NCBI GenBank assembly: GCA_038087875.1 | Contig: JAXLNO010000884.1 | Span: 186,001 to 250,000 of the forward strand | From: Malacoraja senta | Lineage: Eukaryota | DNA length: 64,000 nt | Reading direction: 5' to 3' | Shown: piece after piece, positions 15,170-26,734 of the stretch | Layout of the letters: every line of letters starts with the position of its first letter | Position numbering within the stretch: the stretch's first letter is position 1 | Notes under the pieces: generated by a model | Databases searched by the model: none | Told to the model about the DNA's origin: nothing | What the model saw: only the letters and a program-made list of their open reading frames with translations | Translations under genes and position numbers: made by a program

Positions 15170-15388
15170 AGTGAGATTAAACGAGAACTTACCAGTTTGA
15201 AGTTTGATATTTATTTTATGAGGAATTACGATGAGGGACTACGTGAAGAAGACTCCGTCCAGGTGCACACGCGTCAATCTTCAAAGCAGCGGTGTGAAAT
15301 CACAGATAATAATTACAGAAGCATAATAGTAAGATTAGTGAGAAAAAAATAACTTCCAGCAGATCTTTATGAAGGTGGGAGAGGAGGG

Positions 15389-15500
15389 CACGTAGTCCCT
15401 CATCGTAACTCCTCATAAAATAAAGATCAAACTTCAAACTGGTAAGTTCTCGTTTAATCGCACTATTTTAATTCGGAGTCACGTGAGTGACTACGTGAAG
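15389..15500. other. DIRS internal complementary region (ICR) copying the circle junction
   Basis: 15389-15469 is the reverse complement of 15165-15245 with 3 mismatches in 81 bp. 15470-15500 (aattcggagtcacgtgagtgactacgtgaag) matches the reverse complement of the other terminus at about 20181-20211. Confidence 0.9.
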
Positions 15501-15673
15501 ATTTCAATGCTCTGAGATTTCATGCCGTAGATTGAAATCCAGGCGTCTCACTGCATTGATTGACTCTGAATGAGTGAAAACAATCAACAATATATAACCA
15601 TAACATTGATGTAATCAGTTAATGATTTATTAATCATAACAAAAACATTTCCCCTTTATCCCAGAGGGGTACT

Positions 15674-16645
15674 TTACACTGAATCCAAAATAGCACCGCC
15701 AAATACCCCAGGTTCTGCAAACTCTTTATGGTAATACTTGTGAAACATCCGTTCACCTGCCCATCCTGCGGCCGCGAGGATATGGTCTATTGGGGCATCC
15801 AAAACCCTGGCCGCCGATCTTGATGCCGCCCTGGTGGAATAAGATTTAAATTTGTCAGTATCAATCCCTGCATCAACCAGCACCTGCTTCACCACCTTGA
15901 GATTGTCTGCACTGACACTTTCTTATGTGTTTTTTATGGCTGATACAGAATGCTGATTCTGCACCTCTTAAGTTCCTGGTGGCTTCAATGTAACATCTTA
16001 AATGTGACACTACACATAGTCTTGGGTCCGTAGGATATGCTGAAAAAAATAACACACCCCGTGACTCCAGGTCTGCTCTGTTTGAGTAAATCATAGACAT
16101 AGAAAGTAACGGCATCTGCTGCCACTACCATCCTATCTATTGGTAATTTCAGCAAGTCTGCACTCTCTGTGCTGAAACTAGTGCCATGAGCATAACTACC
16201 TTCATGGTAACCTTGGCCAACGATAGAGCTGAAATGGGAGTCCATTGACGAAGTAACATCAGCACATCCCTCACATTCCAGATTTCTCTATACCTGGGTC
16301 GAGGAGGCTTGGAATTGAAAATTCCCTTCATTAACCTACAGAACAAAGGGTGTGATCCGACAAGATATTGTTCCGACTCCATAGATATGCAGAGAGGGCA
16401 CTTCTTGCAGTATTGATAGCACTATAACTTAATTTCAAATCAAAATAGAGAGTTGACAGAAACTCTAACACATCTGGGATGTTTGCAGTGTGATACGAAA
16501 TATTCTGCAATAAGCAAAACACCTCCCATTTACTTATGTAAGAAATGTGCTGCTTTTGGGTACTATTCCTCCAGGCTGCTGCAATAACATCCCCCGTACG
16601 CTGTGATAGTCCTCTTCCGAGATATGGCCTCCTTAAAATCTGCAA
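15674..16645 (-). pseudogene. DIRS tyrosine recombinase, split across several frames
   Basis: Fragments include LSYSAINTARSALS, HPLFCRLMKGIFNSKPPRPRY..W, KVVMLMALVSAQRVQT, PRLCVVSHLRCYIEATRNLR and FKSYSTRAAS..AAGW..MFHKYYHK, typical DIRS YR motifs. Confidence 0.85.
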
Positions 16646-18581
16646 ATCAACAAACCAATATGATCATGTAAAGGATGCGAATCACCAGTTAGAGGGTGCA
16701 CAAGTATGTTTTCTTGTTTAAGAATAACCATAAGAGGCTTTGTGATTATTTTTAAAAGCAGTGGGTACCATGGTTGTGTAGGCCAATCTGGTACCACCAA
16801 CACTCCTGAAGCGGAGTCCTGCTTGGTCTTTTGTAGACACCTACTAATGAGACAAAATGGAGGAAATGCATACAAAAACATTACACCCCAATGTAGCGAG
16901 AATGCATCCATTTAACATCCATTCTGTTGCACCGGGATCTGGTTCCCATGAAACATATTTAGGTAATTGGTGGTTACTAGATGCAAAGAAGTCAATTTCT
17001 GGCATCCCAAATTGTGCAACAATTTTATTAAAGTTGTCACGATTTAACATCCATTCTGTATTGTCATTGAATTTACGTGACCTGGTGTCTGCGATTATGT
17101 TGAATCTACCTGGTAGGTAGATTGCCGAAAGCCAAATGTTTCTGCTAATACACCAGTTCCAGATAACGTTTGCCAATCGATCACAAGGTTCTGACTTGAT
17201 ACCACCCATGTGATTAACATACGCTACAGCCGTAGTGTTGTCAATCTGAACCTGTACATGCACGTTTTGCACATTAGAGCAATAACCTTTAAGCCCATAA
17301 AACGTACCTAACAGTTCTAGGTAATTGATCCCATGTGCTTGGAGCAAAGGTACTTCTTCCACATTCCATCTGCCTCCACAGATAGAAATAGTATCAGTAG
17401 CTCCCCAACCTAGAGCACTTACACCAGTCTGCAGAATAATAGCAGGTGTTTCAACCAGAATTTCCCTGGAAGCATATGAGACACTCCTGATCCACCATTG
17501 TATTTCAGTAATAGCTGTTACTGGTAATTGCATGGGTCTATCAAAATGCCCTAAATGTCTCCTCAACGCTTGTACCTTTGCTCGCTGCAGTTGCTGATAA
17601 TGCAGTGGACCAAACTGCACAGCTGGAAATGAAGCAATTAGTTTGCCAAGCAAGCTTGCCACTTGCTTAATTGATGGTTGATGCTGTGTAATGAGCTTGA
17701 TACAACCCTCAATTAACTGCAGCTTTTTATCCTTGGGCAAAGTCACTATCATTTGTTCTGAATTAATAGTGAACCCCTAGTAATCAATTACTGTGCTTGG
17801 TGACAATTTGGATTTATCTGGATGTATCACAAACCGCAGCCTCTCAAATGTGAGCTTGACTATTGACACCGATGCTTCTGTTGTAGCCCGAGTGTTACCC
17901 ACAATTAAAATACCATCCAAATAAGCCATTACCAAAAGCTCTTACCAATGCTAAGATTGGTTTTAACAATTTTGTAAATAGTCTAGGGGCTGAGGTTAAC
18001 CCATTAGGCAATGCTTTAGAATGCCATAATTAGCTCATCCAGTTAAACTTTAAGTGTCTTCGATCATTACCATGCACAGCCACAGAGTAATATGCATCTT
18101 GCAGATCTATACTGGCCATATAGAATTTTCTTGAAATTAGCTGTATAGCATTGGCAAATGTCTCAATTTTAAAATATTTATACTGTACAAAAGGGTTAAC
18201 ACTTGTCAGATCGAGAATAATTCTACAGCCATCATCCATTTTTGCTCTAGGAAAAATGCTTGACACAAATTGGTGATGTTGGTGAACTGACTTTTCAATG
18301 ACCCCTTTCCCACACAATATTTCAAGTTCCGCTTGAATGTCCATATTCATTTCTTTTGAGAAAATACGTGTCCGACTTGAAACATGTTGAGTAGGAGGAT
18401 CCAAATATGGGTAGAATTCAATTCTGAACCCCATAATACTGCACAGTATAAACGCATCAGATGTTATTTTTTGCCATTCTTTTAGGAAGAATTGTAACCT
18501 TTCCCCAATTTGCAAATTTGAAACACTTAATATGTCTCTTCCAGGACCAGACCCACATACCTCAGGGTTTGCTGGTGTCAA
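16633..18581 (-). pseudogene. DIRS pol: reverse transcriptase, RNase H and Dam-like methyltransferase domain, frameshifted
   Basis: RT: RIILDLTSVN, MASIDLQDAYYSV, LVMAYLDGI region near 17915-17935. RNase H: INYLELLG, QIDNTTAVAYVNHMGG, YLPGRFNIIADTRSR. MT: IDFFASS, YAFPPF, VPDWPTQPWYP. Confidence 0.9.
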
Positions 18582-18793
18582 ATATTGTCCCCTGCTCTTA
18601 GTGGGAACACTGTAACCTCCACGGGTCCCAGGAGCAGTGCGCCAATAACACGTATTGGGAACGACCGACTTGTTCCTTCACGGGCCCCAGTCACCGGTCT
18701 TCGGTAGGGAAATTGCCTTCGGACAGTTCTGCCAAGCACCGGTGGTTTTATCATTCCCACGGTTTTTGCTTCTTCATTCAGGTCTTTCACCCT

Positions 18794-20017
18794 TTAGGAT
18801 AGATTCTCTCCAAAAAGCAAATTGGGCAATTGAATATTAGTTGGTTTACAGAGCCCCGCAAACTTAGGATGTATGTTAGGCATAGCACTTTTACGAATAC
18901 AGTTTATTTCAAAGTGCGCATTACACATGAGTGCTAAGGCATCCTGTTGTGACACAGACACTAGCTCCTCATCCAAGCCTCTGGCAAATGCCATAATACC
19001 TGATCCCAGCAACTTCAACACCCGCTGTAATTTCATTTTTTTGTGCGCGTACTGCAATGCCCAAGTAGCCCCATATTACATTATTTACTGCTGAGATTGC
19101 TAGCAGTGCGCAATTCTGCGGGGTTTCATATTTTTTGACAGTCTCGTCCATAGTCAGTTCCTCCAACTGATGGGAGAGCAAGTAATTTATTGTCATTGCT
19201 ATTTCCTCTGCCAAAGGTTCCCCTTTCAGTCTGGGAACGGAGAATTTTTGGGCCAGACCTGGGATTCTGGGCTCTGTTACAGGACTTTGGTCCTCGTATG
19301 ATTCATCATCCGAATCTTGCTGCCCTGGAAATTCCTCCTCATAGTGGGGCTGATCTGGTATCCCTGCTTCAGGTGTTTCTAGCGCTGGCTCCCCGTAGGC
19401 CTATGCATAGTAAACCCATTTGCAGGTGCTCCCATCGCGGGCTCTCCCGTAGGCCCACGTATTGGCAGCCCTTTTTTAGGTGCTGCTGCCGCTGGCTCTC
19501 CTGTACGCCAATGCATGAATTGTCTTTCCTCAGACACTGCTGGTGCTGGCTCTCCTGTAGGCCAACCCATATATTGTCTTTCATGAGACATTACTGACGC
19601 TGGCTCTCCTGTAGGCCAACGCTGAACCCCACCTTTTCCATGCACTCCCTGCGCTGGCTCTCCTGTAGGCCAAAGCCAGACTGTACTCTTCCTGGAGTGG
19701 GTCCTGATAAATCATTTTCCCCATGAGGAATTCCAGGTTAGCGACCCGAGTAGACATAATGTCTTCCTGAGGAGGGGTAACCTCCGGGTCTGACTCTTCC
19801 GAGTCTACTGGCCGATCAGTTTTTCTTTTGGCCTTGCACCCTAAAAGTGCTGCAACGGTACTTTTAGTTGCCGTTTCTGCAGTCGCTGGATTTTCTGCCA
19901 CTGACTCTTTAATCGGGCGCCCGCTACTCTCAGACCCGCGGTCCTCTTGAGGTTTACCTGCGGTATGCCTCCCTTTGCCTTAGTTCACACTTTCTCCATT
20001 TTAGACTTGTCTGGCAT
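18794..20017 (-). pseudogene. DIRS ORF1 (gag-like), fragmented
   Basis: Minus-strand ORF pieces upstream of RT (18794-19057, 18969-19214, 19379-19645, 19581-19901), including KYETPQNCALL..VNNVIW and GLCKP..LLFGENLS. Confidence 0.6.
19384..19672. repeat. 54-bp x6 tandem repeat inside DIRS ORF1
   Basis: The gctggctctcctgtaggcc core recurs at about 19384, 19437, 19491, 19545, 19599 and 19653. Confidence 0.9.
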
Positions 20018-20245
20018 ACAGCGCAAAGTCTCCCGGAAAAAAGCGACCTGAAAGCGAACGTGAAACCACTTACCTTCAGGCTTTATGCACTCACCGCTTG
20101 GAGGGGATCTGCTCCTCCCAACACGGTCGCTGCCGCTATGCGTCTGACGATATGACGCGTGTGCGCCTGGACGGGGTCTTATTCACGTGGTCACTCACGT
20201 GACACTGAAGTAAAATTACAGGATGCATAATATTAGCTAGATGGC

Positions 20246-21378
20246 TACATATAGGGGAGGGTGCCTAGAAATAGGGGGAGTTTAGGGAAGGGCACCTGTA
20301 AATGTTGATTTAGGGGAGGGCATGTATATGGGAGGGGGGTTTAGGGGAGGGCACCTTTAAACTGTGAATTAGGAGGGCATCTGTCAATGGTGAATTAGAG
20401 TAGGGCACCTTTAAATGGTGCAGTGGGGAAGGCATCTGTAAATTTAGTGTAGATTTAGGGGAGAGCACCTGTAAAGGAGCAATACAATCTGAGCAACAAC
20501 AACTGAAGCTTTACAACAACAACTGGTGTGTTATTACACCAATCCACGTAACAATCTCATATAATTCTTTCCCCCTCATTCATTTATTCTCACGTGTACC
20601 GAGGTACAGTGAAAAGCTTTAGTTGCGAGCTGACCAGTTAGCAAAAAGACAAAACATGATCACAATTGAGCCAGCTAGATGACTACATCCTGGATAACTA
20701 GGTAGCTAGCTAAATGTCTACATACTGGATAGCTAGGTAGATAGCAAAACTGAGCTACATACTGGATAGCTACGTAGCTAGCTAGAGTGAACTACATACT
20801 GGATAGCTAGGTAGCTAACTAAACTGGGCTACATACTTGGGTAGCTAGATAGATAGCTAGAGTGAGCAACGTACTGGATAGCTAGGTAGTTAGCTAGAGG
20901 CTACATACTGGAAAACCAGGTAGCTAGATAGTTACATATAGGGGAGGGTGCCTAGCAATAGGAGGGGGGTTTAGGGAAGGGCACCTCTAAATGTGGATTT
21001 AGGGTAGGGCGTAACGGGAGGGGGATTTAGGGGAGGGCACCTTTAAACTGTGAATTAGGAGGGCATCTATAAATGGTGAATTAGGGGAGGGCACCTTTAA
21101 ATGGTGCAGTAGGGAGGGCATCTGTAAATTTAGGGTAGATTTAGGGGAGAGCACCTGTAAAGGAACAATACAATATGAGCAACAACAACAAATGAAGCTT
21201 TACAACAACAACTGTTGTGTTGTTACATCAATCCACGTAACAATATCATATAATACTTTCCCCATTAATTTATTCTCACGTGTACCGAGGTACAGTGAAA
21301 AGCTTTAGACGTGAGCTAACCATTTAGCAGAAAGACAAAACATGATCACAATTGAGCCAGCTGGATGACTACATCCTG
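20246..21378. repeat. Direct duplication of a ~447-bp unit (20246-20692 and 20933-21378) containing a G-rich ~30-bp minisatellite and a Rex1/Babar-like 3' end
   Basis: Both copies start tacatataggggagggtgcctag and end gatgactacatcctg, at an offset of about 687 bp. Confidence 0.88.
20693..20932. repeat. ~37-bp TAGC-rich minisatellite (atactggatagctaggtagctagctagagtgaactac)
   Basis: About 6 diverged tandem units are visible directly. Confidence 0.8.
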
Positions 21379-22411
21379 TATAACTAATAATAACAAAAAG
21401 GGTGAAAGCTGCTGGCGAGGCTGCCACACTCGATGGCGCCAGCACTCGGTCACTCCATGGGTTTACTTTGACAATTTATCTGAGGATATTGAACATTCCT
21501 GTTCATTGATAACATAACTTCTATTGGCTTCTTCTTGAACACTCACAGCCATGAATCCCCGGTGATCTCGTTCTCTGAAATCACTTCATTGAAATGCACT
21601 GTTATTTATCTCCATAATGCACTGGATTGTTTTGTGGTAAGACTTCTATAACAACATATCCCAAACCTGTGGCCTCTAAACCATAAAGATTGAGTGCAAT
21701 GGGTGCATGTAAGCACAACATTCTCCACGTTCTGCTCCATGTCACACAAGGGGCAATATGGAAAGAACAGGAAATGCCCGGTCTGCCTGTGATGCCCTCA
21801 TTTAGATCAATAAACAAATGTCTGAAAGATAATGTTTAGAATTAAATGTTGCTGTATCTGTTCCTGCCCACATTTTTATGTGCACACACACTGGTCATTG
21901 GAAAATTGGAAAGCTCCCAAGACATAAACTCCTGCCTGAGATATTAATGCCTTGTGAAGTCAAGGTGTGTCAAACCGTAAGATTTCTATTGCCATTTTGA
22001 TGAACTATGCACACCCAGCAGACTTGTGATTACTCCCAGATTATTGGCAGCAGGATATGTACAGTTTTGCTTCTAATAACTATTTCCTCCTGGTGAGGTT
22101 CCTTACCACCATTCAAAACTTCCCATCAGTGATCTCAAATTGGTCTAACTATACAACCAATACCAAAGCTTCATGTCATTCAGAAGATGGTGACCATGGA
22201 TAATACAAACCCATAGACAATGGGGCCCAGTTATGCTTTTTAATGTTGCAACTAGTCACAGTCCTGAAATCAGAAATTGGACAGAGATCAATATTCGCAT
22301 TGATGAAGAGGAGGATTGTCCTGGTCTTTCATTATTCAATCCATTTACCCAACCATGGCAGAAAGTGTCACTGTCAGTGCATGCAGCAATAATGAGCCAT
22401 TATCATCTAAA

Positions 22412-23145
22412 TTGCGTCATGTTGGGAAAAGGAGAAGTACAACGGGATCTGAGGGTCCTTGTTCATCATTCAATGAAAGTAAGCATTCTGCTACAGCAGG
22501 CAGTGAAGAAAGCGAATTATATTTTGACCGTCATAACAAGAGGAGGAATATAGAACCAAATAGGTTATTCTGCAGCTGTACAGAGCCCTAGTGAGATCAC
22601 ATCTGGAGCATTGTGTGCAGTTCTGGTCTCCAAATTTGAGGAAGGACATTCTTGCTATTGAGAGAGGGCAGTGTAGGTTCACAAGATTAATTCCAGGGAT
22701 GGCGGGACTCGTATGCTGAGAGAATGCAGTGGCTGGACTTGTATACACTGGAATTTAGAAGGATGAATCTTATTGAAACATAAGATTATTAAGGGTTTGG
22801 ACACGCTAGAGGCAGGAAACCTGTTCCCGAAGTTGGGGGAGTCCAGAACCAGGGGCACAGTTTAAAATAAGGTGTATTCCATTTAGAACGGAGATAGGGA
22901 AACACTTTTTCACACAGAGAATTATGAGTCTGTGGAATTCACTGCCTGGGCGGTGGAAGCGGTTTCTCTGGAAACTTTCAAGAAAGAGCTAGCTAGGGCT
23001 CTTGCAGATAGCGGAATCAGGGGATATGGGGAGAAGGCAGGAACGGGGTACTGATTGTGGACGATCAGCCATGATCATAATGAATGGCGTAGCAGGATTG
23101 TAGGGCCGTATGGCCTACTCCTGCACCTATTGTCTATTGTCTATT
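22412..23145 (+). mobile_element. CR1 (HER1-like) LINE, 5'-truncated 3' fragment
   Basis: Peptide RDLRVLVHHSMKVS..AVKKAN..LYRALVRSHLEHCVQFWSP. The 3' tail is ggatatggggagaaggcagg...ggcctactcctgcacc(tattgtc)n. Confidence 0.85.
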
Positions 23146-23350
23146 ACTTTAAACCTGGAGGAATGGAAAGAAGGATTCTGATCTATTTCACTTACCACAG
23201 AGATGAGTGAAACTGAAAGATTGGTCATTGCGATTTCTGACCTGGAAATATACACATACTCATCCATCATATTCTTCATGCTGATCGATTTTTCTTTAAA
23301 TCTGTAAAATAATTTTAAGGTTGTTTGCTATCTTCGTCAAATAGACATGA

Positions 23351-24381
23351 ATCAGCTAATCTAATATCGTACTTATATAATATCATTTTAAACATAGAAA
23401 TACCCACAACAGATGGAATTAGAAGAGACTGGGAACAAGAATTAGCTATAAAAATTTCAAAAGAGAGCTGGGATAATCATTTACTACAGGTGCATAAATG
23501 TTCGATCAACGTACGACATACGCTCATCCAATTCAAAACATTACATAGACTATATTATTCAAAAACTAAATTAAATAAAATCTTTCCTAATGTTTCACCA
23601 ATCTGTGATAAATGTCTGTCAAGAAGCTACCATAGCGCATTCTTTTGTTTTTTGTACAAAAATCCAAAAATTCTGGTATGAAATATTTGATATTTTTTCA
23701 AAATTAATTAAAATAAAACTGGTACCAAAACCAGAATGGATCATTTTTGGAATATCGGAAGGTATCCCTGAATTAAACGTGTATCAGAAGAATTAATTCA
23801 ATTACGGGCTAATAATGGGAAAAAAGCTCATACTTAAATTCTGGAAAAATGCGCCCACACCAACAATAAAAATGTGGACATCAAATATGTTTGAAACATT
23901 ACATCTGGAAGAGATGAGATTCCTCTTAGCAGGTAAAGCTGACCAATTCCAAAAGACGTGGTCTACGTTTCTGGACCTATTACAAGCATGAGGTGCAATA
24001 GTAATTTTAAAAATAAATAAATAAATAAATGGTATCAGGACCTGGTAATGGGAGGTAAAACAACAAAAACAGACTTGGTTGGTAGTCCCCTTTCTGCGGA
24101 GTATAATGTTATAATAGAGCGATTGTTCCTACTTTCTTTTTCTTTCTTTTCTAGGGTCTACTTTCTTACTTTACTTCCTTCTCTAACTTTTTTCTAAGGG
24201 GCTTTCTTTTCCCAACACTCTCTTGCACTTCACGACTCTTGCGCACTTTCTTTACTTTCCTTACTTCTATCTCTTTCTTAAAGCTCAAAAAAATGAAGCG
24301 GTACAAAAAATTTATTAAGATATATGTGTTGTGTATTATTGTAATTTACCGTACTTCTAATAAAAATAATTTAAAAAAAAA
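23351..24381 (+). mobile_element. L1-clade LINE 3' fragment (ORF2 C-terminus, 3' UTR, polyA) with an 8-bp target-site duplication
   Basis: Peptide WEQEL..HKCSINVRHTLIQFKTLHRLY..SPICDKC, then AATAAA and an A-run at 24358-24381. AGACATGA lies at 23343-23350 and 24382-24389. Confidence 0.9.
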
Positions 24382-25654
24382 AGACATGATCAATTGAATA
24401 ATAGCATGAATACTCTGAAGGAAATAGTTATAATGACAAACATTGCAAAGTAATGTATCCACAGATATTTTGCACGGGTAAGTTTAATGAAGTTAGCCAT
24501 AACAGATTAAGACAATATTTCATTTTTCACAGGATTGAATGTACCAAAGCCAGAATTCATGACAAATTGTAGCAGAAGGAATCAAACCCACGTATGCGAA
24601 TCTAGCGATTCAGATGAAGATTGGACACCTAAACTTCTGACAAAAAATCCAAAACGTGATTTAAATTTGTTTGAAATATATAATTGTTTTTCAAATATAA
24701 TTGATTCAAATCAATTTGGCCATTAGCCTATGGAATCTGTTGCAAGAGAGATTTTATACTTATCGATGGAGTGATGGGATACTTGGTAAATGTAATAACT
24801 TTTCCCAATGTGTTATTCATGAAGTGCAAATTTACTTTTCCTAATTTTTACTTTTGTTGTATGCTGCTTCCATGTTTAACACAAATATATTAATATATCC
24901 AGAATCGCCGAAAAGAGATACAGTCTGTTTTTTCCAAAGCAACACTGATGTGGCACTTTTTTTCCCTAAGGAGTCAGAATCTTTAGGCCTCCTTTTAAGA
25001 ATGAAAATGGCAAGAATACCGAAAGAAAGCTTGTCATAAATGTAAGAACAGAAATTATTCCCAGAATAAAGGACGTGAGAATACGCTTTTATGAATTAAC
25101 AGAGTGGCTCTACATTCGCATTTTATTTTCTACAAGATAGAAGTAACTGCTTTTTAGAAAAATCTTTCTCACTGCTGTTGGAGTCAGGAGCTAATGTGAC
25201 ACCTTCACGCCCACGTTGGTTCTTCATGCAGCCTATCACCGCTGGCGACTCGCCAGCAGCGTCACAAAAAGGTCCAGCCACAAGAGCTCAATAACAACTC
25301 CAAGGTCAGAGGCAGTAATTGGCTTTATGTACACACTGGTTATGATTGTTGAGAATGTATGTAAAAGGGGCTTCTGGAATAAACGTGACACTTGTTGTCT
25401 GGCTCAGCTAAGTATCGGTTGTTCTTAGCTTTCTGTCCTGGGATTCAATGGATCAAACACTTACATCCACAAATATATTTTTATTGTTCAAAGAGGGTCA
25501 ATTGTTCCCACATTTTCCTACATTTGCTGACAATATCAAACTTCCTTTTAGAGTAGCGTATGAAAGGTGAGAAATCACTGAAATATTGCACACTAGGCAG
25601 TGACTGCTTTTATTAGTAATTTAGTTGTATCCCAGTTAATAATACGATGGAAGA

Positions 25655-26380
25655 AATTATCATAATCATACTTTATTAGCCAAGTATATTTTGCAACATA
25701 CGAAGAATTTCATTTGCCATACAGTCATAGCAATAAAAAGCAACAGAACACACAAAATACATTTTAACATAAACACCCATCACAGTGACTCCTCCACATT
25801 CCGCACTGTGATGGAAGGCGAAAAAATGTTCAATCTCTTCCCTTCTTTGTTCTCCCGCCGTAGGCGGACACGAGCCTTCCGTTGATGGTGCGATCTTGGC
25901 TCCCGTAGCCAGTGGTCGGGTCCTCCGCATCAGGGCAAACAAGCCCCTGCATTGGGGGAATCTCAGCTCCCCGGCGCTGGGTGATCTGAACCCCGGGTCG
26001 GGGCTGGTCGAAACCTTCTGCCAACATCGGTCTCTACCCGAGATGTGAGCTCCTCGATGGTGAAATCTGCAGGCTGCAATTCGAGCATCGATCCCAGGCA
26101 AGGGATCGGCTCCAATGGCAAGGACATCACCCCGTGGTGGGGCTCAAAGTCAGTCCAGATCAAGGCCTCCAGCTCCATGGTGTTAGGCCGCAGAGCGACT
26201 GGAGATATGATCCGGAAAACAATCGCATCTCCGGCAAGATAGGAGATTGACAAAATGTTTCCCCCCACCCCCACCTAAAACAAATCTGGGAACATTAACA
26301 CATACTTTTACAACTCACTAAAAATAACAAAAAAATGAAAAGACAGACAGACTGTTGGTGAGGCTACTATCGTACGGCGA
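25655..26380 (-). mobile_element. Unclassified interspersed retroelement-like repeat
   Basis: The minus strand ends in ...ggctaataaa followed by an (ATGATT)n-like tail at 25655-25672. The GC-rich body contrasts with the AT-rich flanks. No coding motif was recognised. Confidence 0.4.
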
Positions 26381-26734
26381 TCCTGGTGGAAATAACCAAG
26401 AAGTAGAAACAATTTATTTGTGTCCTTATGAATCACAGTTTGCACCAAATTGTCTCATTACAGGTCATAAAATATTTGGGAGGAGCCACTCAGGAAATGA
26501 AATAAAGACACAGTGTTGGTTAAAAGAATCAAAAAAGCAACAGGTAATTCTGTTTGTAAAAGTGAAACTCAAAATGAGTGTCTCCTGTACATTACAGTAA
26601 ATAATTGAGATGAGATAATGACCTTCTGACTGCCAACATGTCAATTAAATTCAATTCATAGAATATGTTGCATATTATGTAAGTAACGTCCATATTTTAG
26701 TTTAACCACTTATCTGACTTGAAACACGTACTTT

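Larger units (their letters stand above)
15165..20215 (-). mobile_element. Full-length DIRS1-type tyrosine-recombinase retrotransposon with disrupted ORFs
   Basis: ORF1, RT, RNase H, Dam-like methyltransferase and YR fragments lie in DIRS order on the minus strand. Inverted terminal repeats (20150-20200 vs 15236-15275) and an internal complementary region (15389-15500) are present. Confidence 0.93.

Noticed and set aside
21545-21830. Possible leader exon (LLFISIMHWIVL/gtaag) and ORF 21602-21817
   Set aside because: There is no in-frame ATG giving a phase-1 leader. A minus-strand frame (CPLCDMEQNVENVVLTC) looks more like an old LINE zinc-knuckle remnant.
22107-23245. Minus-strand exon-like segments with good AG/GT sites (about 23196-23241 and 22107-22263)
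   Set aside because: The larger one has stops in all frames and no recognisable product, and no consistent model could be built.
25160-25200. Ankyrin-like string FSLLLESGANV
   Set aside because: It is isolated, lacks the TPLH motif, and is not in the frame compatible with the flanking splice sites.
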